Shown here: piece by piece, positions 18,371 through 28,721 of the stretch
Position numbering within the stretch: position 1 is the stretch's first letter
How the letters are laid out: every line of letters starts with the position of its first letter
Assembly: GCA_021413465.1 (NCBI GenBank)
Contig: JAIOQG010000004.1
Location: 1-42,587 of the forward strand
Direction of reading: 5' to 3'
From: Alphaproteobacteria bacterium
GTDB taxonomy: Bacteria > Pseudomonadota > Alphaproteobacteria > Micropepsales > Micropepsaceae
Length of the DNA: 42,587 nucleotides
Notes under the pieces: generated by a model
What the model was told of the DNA's origin: nothing
Seen by the model: the letters and a program-made list of their open reading frames with translations, nothing else
The model's database searches: none
Position numbers and translations under genes: made by a program

Positions 18371-18610
18371 GATTTTCGGTCTCCAACTAAACTGCGCTGG
18401 CCGCGCCTGTACGCCACGGCGCACACAGGGTCGGCAACTTGGCCCAAGTCCCCGCAAGGGGGACGGTAGGGTTGTGGCATTTTCCCGTCAATCCAAGGCT
18501 TGTAACATCGCCGTAACAATGGCTTACGAAGGCCGCCTAATTATGGCGAAGGGTCCGCTTTCGCGCCGCAACGGTCGAGAAACCCCTATCCTATTAAGGA
18601 AGTCGAACTC

Positions 18611-19762
18611 GTGAAATTGTCACAACGCAGCCAAGTGGACCCGTTTTTGGCTATGGACGTCATGGACCGCGCCAACAGCTTGGCAAGGTCAGGGCGGGCA
18701 ATCTTCCACCTGGAAACGGGCCAACCCGCAACCAAGGCTCCAAAAATTGCACTGGAAGCCGTGGTCCGTGCCATGGACAGCGACGTCCTTGGTTACACGG
18801 AAGCGCTGGGGCGACCGGCATTGCGCGCCCGCATTTCGAAATACTATCGGGACACCTATCGCGTTGATGTGCCGCCTGAGCGCATTTTGATTACGACGGG
18901 TTCGTCCGCCGGATTTTTGCTCGCTTTTATTGCGCTTTTTGATGTCGGCCAATCGCTCGCGATGGCCGTTCCGGGATATCCGGCGTATCGCAACATTGCC
19001 GTCGCCACCGGCGTCCGCCCGCACTTCATCGACTGCCGCGACAGGTCGCAATTCCGCTTTCGAGCGTCGGATATTGCGGCGGCCCAAGGCATCAGCGGCG
19101 TCTTGATCGCAAGCCCCGCAAACCCAAGCGGCACGGTCATCGCTGAGCCTGAGCTGCAAAAAATCGTCGACGTCTGCGACGAGCGCAAGCTTTGGCTTAT
19201 TTCCGACGAGATTTATCACGGCATTACTTACGAGCACCGCGCGCAAACCGCGCTGGCAATTTCCTCAAACGTCATCGTGATCAACAGCTTCTCAAAATAT
19301 TTTTCGATGACGGGTTGGCGTATCGGCTGGATGGTCGTGCCTGAAGCTCTCGTCAGACCGCTCGAGCGTTTGGCGCAGAATATGTACATCTCGCCACCGA
19401 CAATTTCTCAAATTGCAGCACTGGCGGCACTGGACGCCGCCGGCGAACTCGACGGTCATGTGCGCGCCTACGCCGCCAATCGATTGCGCCTGCTCTCGGC
19501 GCTTAAGGAGTCGAATTTCGGAGAGATAGCGCCCGCAGACGGCGCCTTTTATCTTTACGCCGACATTTCGCCGTTCGGCCTAGACGCAACCAGCTTTACT
19601 AAGCGCCTGCTTGACGAGACCGGCGTCGCAGCGACACCGGGACTCGATTTCGATCCCGTTGAAGGCCACCGTTGGGTACGATTCTCATACGCCGGCGCGC
19701 AAGATGAAATCTCCCGCGCGGCCGACATTCTGACCCAATGGTGCCGAAACCTGCGGACCTAA
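18611..19762 (+). CDS. Pyridoxal-phosphate-dependent aminotransferase (class I/II)
   Basis: ..PFLAMDVMDRANSL..HLETGQP.. N-terminus and PLP-lysine motif NSFSKYFSMTGWRIGW. GTG start with AAGGAAG upstream. Confidence 0.85.
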   Translation: MKLSQRSQVDPFLAMDVMDRANSLARSGRAIFHLETGQPATKAPKIALEAVVRAMDSDVLGYTEALGRPALRARISKYYRDTYRVDVPPERILITTGSSAGFLLAFIALFDVGQSLAMAVPGYPAYRNIAVATGVRPHFIDCRDRSQFRFRASDIAAAQGISGVLIASPANPSGTVIAEPELQKIVDVCDERKLWLISDEIYHGITYEHRAQTALAISSNVIVINSFSKYFSMTGWRIGWMVVPEALVRPLERLAQNMYISPPTISQIAALAALDAAGELDGHVRAYAANRLRLLSALKESNFGEIAPADGAFYLYADISPFGLDATSFTKRLLDETGVAATPGLDFDPVEGHRWVRFSYAGAQDEISRAADILTQWCRNLRT

Positions 19763-22548
19763 CCGCCGGTCTTCTTCTGCCACCAACCGCCCTTACGTTC
19801 GGGCTTGGTCTCGGTGCTGGCATCGCCATTACCGTCTTCCGGCTTGCCGCCGAAGCCGAAGAATGAAGCGATGCTGGGCCGCTCGACCTTAGCCTCTGTC
19901 TTCACCTCGACCGGAGCCGAACTCGGTTCGTAACTTTGAACGCGAGGCGCAGGGCGCACGTATTGCGGTGTCGAATCGCGCGCAACCACCGGCCTTTCGC
20001 CGGGGACGGTGTCGTACCCGCCCGTTGCCGGCCAATTGGGGGCATCAAGCGCCTCCGCCGGCGTCGGCAACCGTCCGATGGGGGAGGGCGCCGCTTGCTG
20101 CGGTTGGGCCTCAAATCCTTCTTCGCCTGGGCGCCGACCGCGCCGACCCCGACGTCCGCGACGCCGCCGCCGGCGCTGGCCCTCGGTCTGTTCTCCAGTG
20201 GCTGCGCTCTGCGGCCCGGCGGGATAGGTGCCGCCATCGGCCGTGCCGGTCGCCTCGTCGGCATCACCCTCCTCACCGTCGTCGTCATTTGCATCTGCTG
20301 ATGCAACAACGCCAGGCGCGGCGGAAGGGAAGGACACTTGGGGCTGCGGCCCATTGCTTGGTACCGGAGCATGCGCGGCACCGTGTTCGCGATCGCGGCC
20401 ACCGCGGCGGCGACGGCGTTTGCGCCGCGGGCCGTCCTGCTCGCTGCGCGGTGCCGGCGGCTGAGCGCCAACCTCGGAAATATTATCGTCGGCTTCCGGC
20501 GCTTCATTGTCGCCGTCGGCGTCCTCTTCAACGTCTTCCACCAAATCGTCATTCGCTTCGAGTTCGCTCTCGACCGTAACGGCGGTTTGCGCCGGCTTGC
20601 GCGGCTCGAACGGAACGTTCGTCCCGCGCTCAATCTCATAGGTCGACGCCGTCAGCGATGGTTTGGATTCGATGTAGATATAAACAGCGTGCCGGTCTTC
20701 GATCGCCGTCAACTGCGCGCGCTTGTGATTGAGAATGTAGAGCGCAATCTCGGGCGGCACGCGCAGCGTGATCGCCAATAGCTTCTCGCGCTGGCAATAT
20801 TCTTCGACGGCACGCAGCACCCGCAACGCCATCGACCCAACGGAACGAATGACGCCACGGCCCTCGCAATGCGGGCACGAGATCGTGGCACCTTCCACCA
20901 TTCCGGCGCGCAGGCGCTGACGCGACATTTCCAAGAGCCCGAACGGAGATATCCGGCCGAGTTGAATCCTGGCGCGGTCGTGCCGCAAGCAATCCTTCAG
21001 CCGTTTCTCGACCGCGCGATTGTTGCGGTGCTCTTCCATGTCGATAAAATCGATGACGACAAGGCCCGCCAAGTCGCGCAATCGCAATTGGCGCGCCACT
21101 TCCTCCGATGCTTCCAGATTGGTTTTGAGCGCCGTGTCTTCGATGTGATGCTCGCGCGTCGACTTGCCCGAGTTCACGTCGACGGCAACCAGAGCCTCGG
21201 TCTGATTGATGACGATGTAACCGCCGGATCTCAAACGCACGATCGGATTGAACATACTGTCGAGCGCGGTTTCGACGCCGTATCTTTGATAAAGCGGAAT
21301 GGGATCGCGATAAGGTTTTACTGAATCGGCATGGCTCGGCATCAGCATCGTCATGAAGCCGTGCGCTTCTTTGAAACCCTGCTCGCCCTCGACCCAAATG
21401 TCGTCGACGTCTTTTGAGTAAAGGTCGCGAATGGTCCGCTTGATCAAATTCCCTTCTTCGTAGACCACCGTCGGCGCGCTTGAGCGCAGCGTCAGGTCGC
21501 GCACCGCATCCCATTGACGCATCAGATATTCGAAATCGCGCTTGATCTCTTGCTTGGTCCGGTTGGCGCCAGCCGTGCGAATGATGACGCCCATGCCTTC
21601 CGGCACTTCCAACTCGACAGCCACTTCTTTCAGCTTGCGCCGATCGGCCACATTCGAGATTTTGCGGGAAATGCCGCCGCCGCGATCCGTGTTCGGCATC
21701 AGCACGCAATACCGGCCCGCCAGCGAAAGATACGTCGTCAGCGCCGCGCCTTTATTCCCGCGCTCTTCCTTGACGACCTGCACCAGAAGAACTTGCCGGC
21801 GCTTGATGACTTCCTGAATTTTGTAACGGCGGAACGACCGATGTTCGCGCCGGGGCAATTCCTCCATGGCGTCTTCGCCGCCGGAGGCCTCCATCGCCGA
21901 CGCCTCGGCAGCGTCTGCCGCTTCGAGAGGCGTGACGTCGTGCGACGTGTTGTCGTCGGGCTCGCTCGAAAAATGAGGCTCGGCCTCGCCGTTGCTCGCA
22001 ACGTATTTTTGCTCGGGCGAAGCGCCGTCGCCTTCCGTTTCGGGATCGTGCACCCAAACGTCTTCTTCGCTGTTGGTTGCAACCTCGACGATTTCGCCGG
22101 CCGACTCTTCGGAGTCGTTGAACGACATCGCAGGCTCGGACGCCGACATAGTGATGTCGCTTGGCACCGAACCCGGCTGAGCTTCGTCTGCCGCCGTCGT
22201 GGCGACGTGCGCGGTTTGGGCTTCGCCGGCTGAATCTTCTTCATCCGCATCGCTGCGCTGGGCCGCGCGCGTCGCTTCGAGCAAAGCCTGCCGGTCGGCG
22301 GTCGGAATTTGATAGTAGTCGGGATGGATTTCCGAGAACGCTAAAAACCCGTGCCGGTTCCCGCCATACTCGATAAAACACGCCTGCAGCGAGGGCTCAA
22401 CGCGCGTCACCTTGGCAAGATAGATGTTGCCTTTGAGCGGCCTGCGCGACGCCGATTCGTAGTCGAACTCTTCTACTCGATTGCCGTCAAGAACGACGAC
22501 GCGTGTTTCTTCCGGGTGGCTCGCGTCCACCAGCATTTTTTTCGCCAT
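19759..22548 (-). CDS. rne: Ribonuclease E
   Basis: MAKKMLVDASHPEETRVVVLDGNRVEEFDYES.. S1/catalytic N-terminal half with an acidic insertion in the S1 region. The Arg-rich and acidic low-complexity C-terminal half (RRKRRRRRGGR, RRRRRRGRRGRRGRR) is typical of RNase E scaffolds. Confidence 0.93.
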   Translation of the reverse strand: MAKKMLVDASHPEETRVVVLDGNRVEEFDYESASRRPLKGNIYLAKVTRVEPSLQACFIEYGGNRHGFLAFSEIHPDYYQIPTADRQALLEATRAAQRSDADEEDSAGEAQTAHVATTAADEAQPGSVPSDITMSASEPAMSFNDSEESAGEIVEVATNSEEDVWVHDPETEGDGASPEQKYVASNGEAEPHFSSEPDDNTSHDVTPLEAADAAEASAMEASGGEDAMEELPRREHRSFRRYKIQEVIKRRQVLLVQVVKEERGNKGAALTTYLSLAGRYCVLMPNTDRGGGISRKISNVADRRKLKEVAVELEVPEGMGVIIRTAGANRTKQEIKRDFEYLMRQWDAVRDLTLRSSAPTVVYEEGNLIKRTIRDLYSKDVDDIWVEGEQGFKEAHGFMTMLMPSHADSVKPYRDPIPLYQRYGVETALDSMFNPIVRLRSGGYIVINQTEALVAVDVNSGKSTREHHIEDTALKTNLEASEEVARQLRLRDLAGLVVIDFIDMEEHRNNRAVEKRLKDCLRHDRARIQLGRISPFGLLEMSRQRLRAGMVEGATISCPHCEGRGVIRSVGSMALRVLRAVEEYCQREKLLAITLRVPPEIALYILNHKRAQLTAIEDRHAVYIYIESKPSLTASTYEIERGTNVPFEPRKPAQTAVTVESELEANDDLVEDVEEDADGDNEAPEADDNISEVGAQPPAPRSEQDGPRRKRRRRRGGRDREHGAAHAPVPSNGPQPQVSFPSAAPGVVASADANDDDGEEGDADEATGTADGGTYPAGPQSAATGEQTEGQRRRRRRGRRGRRGRRPGEEGFEAQPQQAAPSPIGRLPTPAEALDAPNWPATGGYDTVPGERPVVARDSTPQYVRPAPRVQSYEPSSAPVEVKTEAKVERPSIASFFGFGGKPEDGNGDASTETKPERKGGWWQKKTGG

Positions 22549-22990
22549 AAAAGAACTCTCCGGGACCCGCGCGCTTCGGTCGGCTTGATGGCGGTATGAC
22601 GCATCGCAAACCGCGCACGCTGGAATCCACTGTGTTTGAAGTTGAAGAAGCGCCAGCTGCAGTCACAGAATCTTGTGGACGGGAACCAAAGGTCCGTCCT
22701 GGAATCTGCTGCAACTTGGCGAAAAACGTCACGGGAAATTCTGCCCCTTCGCCGCCGCCCGGGTGATCGGACAGTCGACGCTGTGGCGTCTCGCTACCTA
22801 TCGGGGGTGCCAAGGCACAGGCGGAAGCGAAACGCCGTTTTCGACCCCTGCTCGGCCATCGCGATTCGAGGCTGATCCAGGACCGGGAAGTTCTTGTAGA
22901 CCTGTTGGCCCCGCATCGCAACGCCGCAGTTTCGCCAATATCTGCGGATTCTATGGCGCACTTGGCCTACACCTTCCCGAACGGTCATAT
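22549..22990 (-). promoter_or_regulatory. Probable long 5' leader (autoregulatory UTR) and promoter region of rne
   Basis: A 555-nt non-coding gap lies upstream of rne with no credible ORF. RNase E genes are known to carry long structured autoregulatory 5' UTRs. The boundaries are not defined by the sequence alone. Confidence 0.35.
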
Positions 22991-23103
22991 GCTAGATGAT
23001 TCTTGGCTAACAGGTCGTCAACACGCCTTCATCGGACGCAGGCGTTGGCCGATGCCATTTTGCCTTTAGTTGAGTTTCCGAGGGGACGTCATAGACCTGC
23101 GCC

Positions 23104-24297
23104 ATGCTTACGCTTCGCAAAAGCTTCATGCTTGTCCTCAGCCTCTGGTTCACGATCGCTATTTCGGGCGAGATCGCCGGGATCTCGGACGCTCGTGCGT
23201 CGCGTCAGGTTTTGGTCAGCGACCTGCGCATCGGCCAGGGCGCCGGACACACGCGCTTCGTGCTGAACATTTCCGAGAAGATCGATTTTGAAGTCTTCAC
23301 CCTCGCAGATCCATACCGGATCGTGATCGATTTTCCCGAGGTGGCCTGGCGCCTGGATCCCGCGGCGACGCAAGGCCTAAACGGTCTCATTAAGGGGTTT
23401 CGCTTTGGGCTCTATCGCCCGGGCCGCTCGCGCATGGTCCTCGACTTGACCGGACCGACAGTGATCGCGAACAAATTCCTGCTGCCGCCGAAAGGCGATC
23501 GCCAGTACCGACTGGTGCTCGACTTAACGGCGACGGATCGCATTGGCTATCTTGCAACCGCAGGTTGGCCTCAGGAGCCGGCCGAAACGTCCGCCGCGGA
23601 AGAAGAGCCCCCTAACCGGACAACGCAAAGCGCGTCATTGTCATCGATCCCGGGCACGGCGGCGTCGATCCGGGCGCCACCGGCGTGGACGGAACATACG
23701 AGAAAGACTTGGTTCTGCCCCTGGCCACGGCACTGCGCGACGTGCTCGAACGCTCCGGCAAGTACAAAGTCGTAATGACACGCGACACCGATATTTTCTT
23801 GTCGTTAAAAGCACGTGTCGCGGTCGCCCGGCGATCGAAGGCCGACTTGTTTGTCTCTCTACATGCCGATTCGGCCCCCAATTCTCTGGTCAGCGGCGCT
23901 TCCGTTTACACCCTTTCCGAAAAAGCCTCCGACAAAGAGGCCGAGGCGCTTTGTCGATCTGACGAATGAGTCCGATGTGGTCACCAGCATTCTGATCGAT
24001 TTGGCCCAGCGCGAGACGAAGAACAACGCGGCGAAATTCGCCCAAGTCCTCGTGCCGGAGTTGCAGCGCGCAGGCGATGTAACGCAAAAGAGCCACAAAT
24101 TTGCAGGTTTCCGCGTTCTCAAAGCGCCGGACGTGCCCTCGGTTTTGATCGAGGTAGGTTATGTTTCTAACCGCTCGGACGAGTCGGTCATGGGCACGAC
24201 TCGCTGGCGGCGCGGCATGACGTCTGCCATCAGCCGGGCGATCGATCGCTATTTCAAGGAAAGCCGGGTCGATCACAAGCCGGCCGACGGGCGCTAA
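23104..24297 (+). pseudogene. amiC: N-acetylmuramoyl-L-alanine amidase AmiC-type (AMIN + Amidase_3 domains), interrupted by two frame changes
   Basis: Frame 1 has the signal peptide and AMIN domain (..LVSDLRIGQGAGHTRFVLNIS..YRLVLDL..) up to ..EEEPPNRTTQ (about 23628). The catalytic core KRVIVIDPGHGGVDPGATGVDGTYEKDLVL..LFVSLHADS..YTLSEKASDKEAEAL is in frame 0 (23628-23951), preceded by an in-frame TAA at 23613. The C-terminal part VDLTNESDVVTSILIDLAQRETKN..FRVLKAPDVPSVLIEVGYVSN.. returns to frame 1 from about 23953. Confidence 0.75.
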
Positions 24298-24422
24298 AAG
24301 GTGCGGAAATCGCTCGAAATTTGAGGCATTTGTGCGCCCCAAACAAGTTTTTGCCATAGCGAAATTTTGGACCGTGGTATAGTCCCCGGGCGCATAGGTT
24401 AAGCGCAGGATCAATCACCGAC

Positions 24423-26879
24423 ATGTATCGATTTTTTGCGTACACGCTGGCTGGCATCGCAGTCCTCACCATTTCGGTGTTCGCGGGCGTAGCACTCTAT
24501 TTGTACAAGCTCAGTCAGGATCTTCCCGACTACGGTAAGCTCGCAAATTACCAGCCGCCGATTACGACGCGCGTATATGCCAATGACGGCGCGTTGATCG
24601 CGGAATACGCGCGCGAGCGGCGCTTGTTCGTACCGATCGAATCGATCCCGCGCCGCGTCATCGACGCCTTCTTGTCTGCCGAAGACAAAGATTTCTATTC
24701 GCACCCCGGCGTCGACATCAACGGCGTCATGCGCGCCGTGATCACCAACGCGCAAAATTATGCATCGGGGGCAAACCGCCGCCCCGAAGGCGCGTCCACG
24801 ATTACGCAGCAAGTTGCGAAGAACTTCCTGCTGACGAGCGACGCCACGCTCGAACGCAAAATTAAAGAATGGATGCTCGCCTTCCGTTTGGAGAGCGCCT
24901 ACACGAAAGATAAAATCCTCGAGCTCTATCTAAACGAGATTTTTCTCGGGTCGGGCTCTTACGGCGTTGCTGCCGCAGCGTACAACTACTTCGACAAATC
25001 GCTGGATCAATTGACGATCGCCGAGACCGCCTACCTCGCGGGTCTACCCAAAGCGCCGAGCAATTATCACCCCGTGCGCAATTTCCGCCGCGCGATCGAA
25101 CGGCGCAATTGGGTGATCCAGCGCATGGCCGAAAATCAATTTGTCCGCGAAGAAGACGCCAAGAAGGCCATCGCCGAAGAGTTGGTGCCGCACTTCCGGC
25201 CCGCCGGCGCTCAATCGCCAGAGGCCCAATATTTCGCGGAAGAAATTCGCCGTTGGATCCAACAGAACTATGGCGATCAGTCGCTTTACGATGGCGGTCT
25301 TGCGGTGCGTTCCACCTTCGATCCGCGCCTGCAACGTTTCGGCGTCAAAGCTCTGCGCAAAGGATTGGTCGCCTACGATCAACGCCATGGCTGGCGCGGC
25401 CCCGTAACCCGCGTCGATCTCGCGACCGACTGGAAGAAAACCCTCGCGGCGATGCCGACCCTGATCGATATCACGGAATGGCGCTTGGCTGCCGTCACGG
25501 GATTTGGCGCCAACGATTCAGTAAAAATCACGCTCACCGACGGCAGCGAAGGGCGTATTCCGCTGGTGGAATTGAAGTGGGCAAAGAAGTTTATCACGGA
25601 CGAAAAATGGGGCGCCGAACCAAAAAAAGCGTCGGAAGTCCTCACCCCTGGTGATGTCGTCTACGTCGAAGCGGTACCCAAAACGGCCGAGGCCGCAGGT
25701 CCGCCTGTATTCGGTCTGCGGCAGGTACCAAAGGTCAACGGCGGCCTGATCGCTATGGATCCGCATACGGGCCGAGTTCTGGCCCTTGTCGGTGGCTTCA
25801 GCTTCTACGCCAGCGAGTTCGACCGCGCGTGGCAGGCCCTCCGGCAAACCGGCTCTTCATTCAAGCCGATCGTCTACGCCGCCGCGTTGGACTCGGGCTA
25901 CACCCCATCAAGCATCGTTCTGGACACCCCCTTCGTTGCCAGTCAGGGACAAGGTCTGCCGATGTGGCGGCCGGAAAATTACGACGAAGGCTATGCCGGT
26001 CCCTCGACGCTGCGTCAGGGGCTGGAAAAATCGCGCAACCTGATGACGGTCCGCATCGCGGCCGACATTGGGATGGAAAAAGTCGTGGAATATGCGCGAA
26101 AGCTCGGCACATCCGAAAAGATGCTGCCCGTGCTCGCCAACGCACTCGGCTCGACTGAATCGACGCTAGTGCGCATGGCTGTCGCTTATTCAACCTTCGT
26201 GAACGGCGGCAAGAGAGTCGTCCCGGCTCTCGTCGATCGCATTCAAGATCGCAACGGAAAGACGATCTATCGCCACGACAAGCGTGTATGCGAAGGCTGC
26301 AATACGGAAGGCTGGACCGGTCAAGACGAGCCGCTCATCGCGAACGAAGCCGACAATATCCTCGACACGCGCACGGCGTATCAGATCACGCACATGCTGG
26401 AAGGCGTCGTCGAACGCGGCACGGCAATGGTGGCCCGCGATGTTGGCGTTCCGTTGGCGGGAAAGACCGGAACGACGAACGATTACAAAGACGCTTGGTT
26501 TGTCGGCTTTTCGCCGAACCTGACGGTAGGTGTTTACATCGGCTTCGATCAGCCCGCCAATCTCGGTCACGGCGAAACCGGCGGCCACAATGCGGCGCCG
26601 ATCTTCCGGAACTTCATGATCGATGCCGTCGGCGGCGAGCCGCCGGTGCCGTTCCGTATCCCGCCGGGCATTCGGCTCGTCCGCGTAGACCTGAAGTCGG
26701 GTTACCCCTCAAGCACGGGTGCGGTCCTCGAAGCCTTCAAAGCGGGCACCGAGCCGGGTTCGGGTTACGTCGCCCGTGGCGACACCGGTGGCATGGGCAC
26801 TGGCGAGGAAGTGGATCCCGATGCCGCCGAAGGCGCGCCGGGCAGCCAGTCGACGCCGGGCTGGAGCGGTCTCTACTAA
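24423..26879 (+). CDS. mrcA: Penicillin-binding protein 1A (bifunctional transglycosylase/transpeptidase)
   Basis: GT51 motifs EDKDFYSHPGVD, GASTITQQ, RKIKEW and KDKILELYLNE. Transpeptidase motifs SSFKP (SxxK), KSRN (SxN) and KTGTT (KTG). 818 aa with an N-terminal TM anchor. Confidence 0.93.
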   Translation: MYRFFAYTLAGIAVLTISVFAGVALYLYKLSQDLPDYGKLANYQPPITTRVYANDGALIAEYARERRLFVPIESIPRRVIDAFLSAEDKDFYSHPGVDINGVMRAVITNAQNYASGANRRPEGASTITQQVAKNFLLTSDATLERKIKEWMLAFRLESAYTKDKILELYLNEIFLGSGSYGVAAAAYNYFDKSLDQLTIAETAYLAGLPKAPSNYHPVRNFRRAIERRNWVIQRMAENQFVREEDAKKAIAEELVPHFRPAGAQSPEAQYFAEEIRRWIQQNYGDQSLYDGGLAVRSTFDPRLQRFGVKALRKGLVAYDQRHGWRGPVTRVDLATDWKKTLAAMPTLIDITEWRLAAVTGFGANDSVKITLTDGSEGRIPLVELKWAKKFITDEKWGAEPKKASEVLTPGDVVYVEAVPKTAEAAGPPVFGLRQVPKVNGGLIAMDPHTGRVLALVGGFSFYASEFDRAWQALRQTGSSFKPIVYAAALDSGYTPSSIVLDTPFVASQGQGLPMWRPENYDEGYAGPSTLRQGLEKSRNLMTVRIAADIGMEKVVEYARKLGTSEKMLPVLANALGSTESTLVRMAVAYSTFVNGGKRVVPALVDRIQDRNGKTIYRHDKRVCEGCNTEGWTGQDEPLIANEADNILDTRTAYQITHMLEGVVERGTAMVARDVGVPLAGKTGTTNDYKDAWFVGFSPNLTVGVYIGFDQPANLGHGETGGHNAAPIFRNFMIDAVGGEPPVPFRIPPGIRLVRVDLKSGYPSSTGAVLEAFKAGTEPGSGYVARGDTGGMGTGEEVDPDAAEGAPGSQSTPGWSGLY

Positions 26880-26954
26880 CCCGAAAAGCTTGAGGTTTTT
26901 AGGGTCGCGACGCTATAACTCGCGCCCGTTCAAATACGAATTGGATGACGAAAA

Positions 26955-28089
26955 ATGCGTGCGGAAATGGAATCGATCTCCGAGCAAATCCAGCAATCGC
27001 TGGCTTTGCTGAGGAGGCATCTTTGACCTCGATACCGCTCGCCGGCGTCTCGACGAACTAAACGCCAAGGCCGAAGACCCCAAAATCTGGAACGATCCTG
27101 CCGTCGCGCAAAAACTCATGCGCGAGCGCAACAAGCTCGAAAAGGCGCTGACCGACTACGCCCGGCTGGACGCGGACTATCGCGACAGCGTCGAGATGAT
27201 CGAACTGGCCGGCGCTGAGGGCGAAGCGGCGCTTCTCGCCGAAGCCGAACAGGGCTTACGCCAAGTTTCCGTGCTCGCCCACGATCTGGAGATGCAGTCG
27301 CTGTTCTCGGGCGAGGCCGATGGCAATGATTGCTATCTGGAAATTCACGCAGGCGCCGGCGGCACGGAAAGCCAGGACTGGGCCGCGATCCTGCTGCGCA
27401 TGTACACGCGTTGGGCCGAGCGCCATAAGTTCAAATGGGAATTGATCGAAGAGAGTGCCGGCGAAGAGGCCGGCCTCAAGTCGGCAACGATCATGATCAA
27501 GGGCGAAAACGCCTTTGGTTGGGCCAAGACGGAGTCGGGCGTGCACCGCCTCGTCAGAATCTCGCCTTTCGATTCCAATGCCCGCCGCCACACGAGCTTC
27601 GCCAGCGCCTGGGTCTATCCCGTCGTCGATGAGAACATTCAGATCGACATCAACGAGAAGGATCTACGCATCGACACTTATCGCGCCAGCGGCGCGGGCG
27701 GACAGCACGTCAACAAAACCGAAAGCGCCATCCGCATAACCCACATTCCGACCGGCATCGTCGTGTCTTGTCAAAACGATCGATCGCAACATAAGAACCG
27801 AGCAACCGCCTGGGGCATGCTGCGCTCGCGTCTCTACGAGTTCGAACTTGAAAAGCGCGAGGCCGTTATCGACGCGCAGAACGCGACGAAATCCGACATC
27901 GGGTGGGGGCACCAAATTCGTTCGTATGTGCTTCAGCCGTACCAGCTGGTGAAAGATTTGCGTACGGGTGCGCAAAGCTACTCGCCGCAAAACGTGTTGG
28001 ACGGCGATCTCGACGCGTTCATGCAGGCGTCATTGGCGCAACGCCTAAAAGGTGGCGCCGATGCGCCACCTGTCGAAGATCTAGAATAG
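26955..28089 (+). CDS. prfB: Peptide chain release factor 2 (programmed +1 frameshift; join 26955..27023, 27025..28089)
   Basis: ORF0 encodes [23 protein letters not shown] and ends at the CTT TGA C slip site. The +1 frame continues [22 protein letters not shown].. with SPF (RISPFDS) and GGQ (SGAGGQHVN) motifs. Confidence 0.95.
27011..27027 (+). promoter_or_regulatory. prfB +1 frameshift site: internal Shine-Dalgarno-like GAGGAGG followed by CTT TGA C
   Basis: The sequence gaggaggcat ctttgac matches the canonical RF2 autoregulatory frameshift cassette (SD-like element, short spacer, CUU UGA C). Confidence 0.85.
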
Positions 28090-28106
28090 GAATAAAATCG
28101 GAAGAG

Positions 28107-28721
28107 CTACTGGCCGGACTTGATGGCACCCAACAGGCTTCCCGTGCTCGTCGTACGGGTCACTTGCTGAGGTCCGCGCGCGAACACGTTTGCGGCGGGT
28201 GCTTGTGCCGGTGCGATTTGCGGCACGGGAGCTGCCACGGGCGCCGGATTCGACGCCGCAATGCCAAGATCCCGCTTCGGCTCGAATGTGGGGCGAACCT
28301 CTGGCTTGCCTGCGGCTTCCGATAAGGGATCCGCAGAGTGCCGGCACGTGCCTTCGAAAAAGGCGCCGACTTCAACCGCCAGTGCCTCGTGAAGAATCGT
28401 GCCTTCCATATGGCATGTGCCGGAAAGCTGAACCTTCCGTGCACGGACGATACCCTGGACGCGTCCGCGAATGGTGCATTCTTCGGCGACGATTTCGCCT
28501 TCGAAGTTTGCCTTCTCGCCGATCGTAACCGATCCCGACCGGATATCCCCGTCGACGCGACCGTCGATTTGGATGTCGCCGGTCGATGTCAATGTTCCAA
28601 TCACGACCAAATCGTTCGATATGATCGATGGTGCCGAGCGGCCCAACCGCTTTTGCGGCTGCTGCAACGGAAGATTATCTGACGAGGGACCCGACTTTCC
28701 CTTACTACCCCTTGAAAACAT
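28107..28721 (-). CDS. Bactofilin family cytoskeletal protein
   Basis: Beta-helical bactofilin repeat core ..LVVIGTLTSTGDIQIDGRVDGDIRSGSVTIGEKANFEGEIVAEECTIRGRVQGIVRARKVQLSGTCHMEGTILHEALAVEVGAFFEG.. and a Pro/Ala-rich tail. The start is set at the internal ATG giving MFSRGSKGKS, which resembles the bactofilin N-terminal membrane-targeting motif. The track ORF extends to 28781. Confidence 0.85.
   Translation of the reverse strand: MFSRGSKGKSGPSSDNLPLQQPQKRLGRSAPSIISNDLVVIGTLTSTGDIQIDGRVDGDIRSGSVTIGEKANFEGEIVAEECTIRGRVQGIVRARKVQLSGTCHMEGTILHEALAVEVGAFFEGTCRHSADPLSEAAGKPEVRPTFEPKRDLGIAASNPAPVAAPVPQIAPAQAPAANVFARGPQQVTRTTSTGSLLGAIKSGQ

Noticed and set aside
19902-21709. Alternate-frame and antisense ORFs inside rne (245 aa, 357 aa, 239 aa and others)
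   Set aside because: They are by-products of the repetitive Arg/Glu/Pro-rich coding sequence of RNase E, and none has an independent signature.
22794-22988. 64-aa minus-strand ORF within the rne upstream region
   Set aside because: It has no Shine-Dalgarno-like sequence upstream, unremarkable composition and no recognisable family. It is more likely part of the rne leader or promoter region.
26902-26927. Hairpin GGGTCGCGA-N9-TCGCGCCC after mrcA as an intrinsic terminator
   Set aside because: The stem has a bulge and is not followed by a U-tract. It could equally belong to the prfB promoter or leader, so the evidence is insufficient to annotate it.
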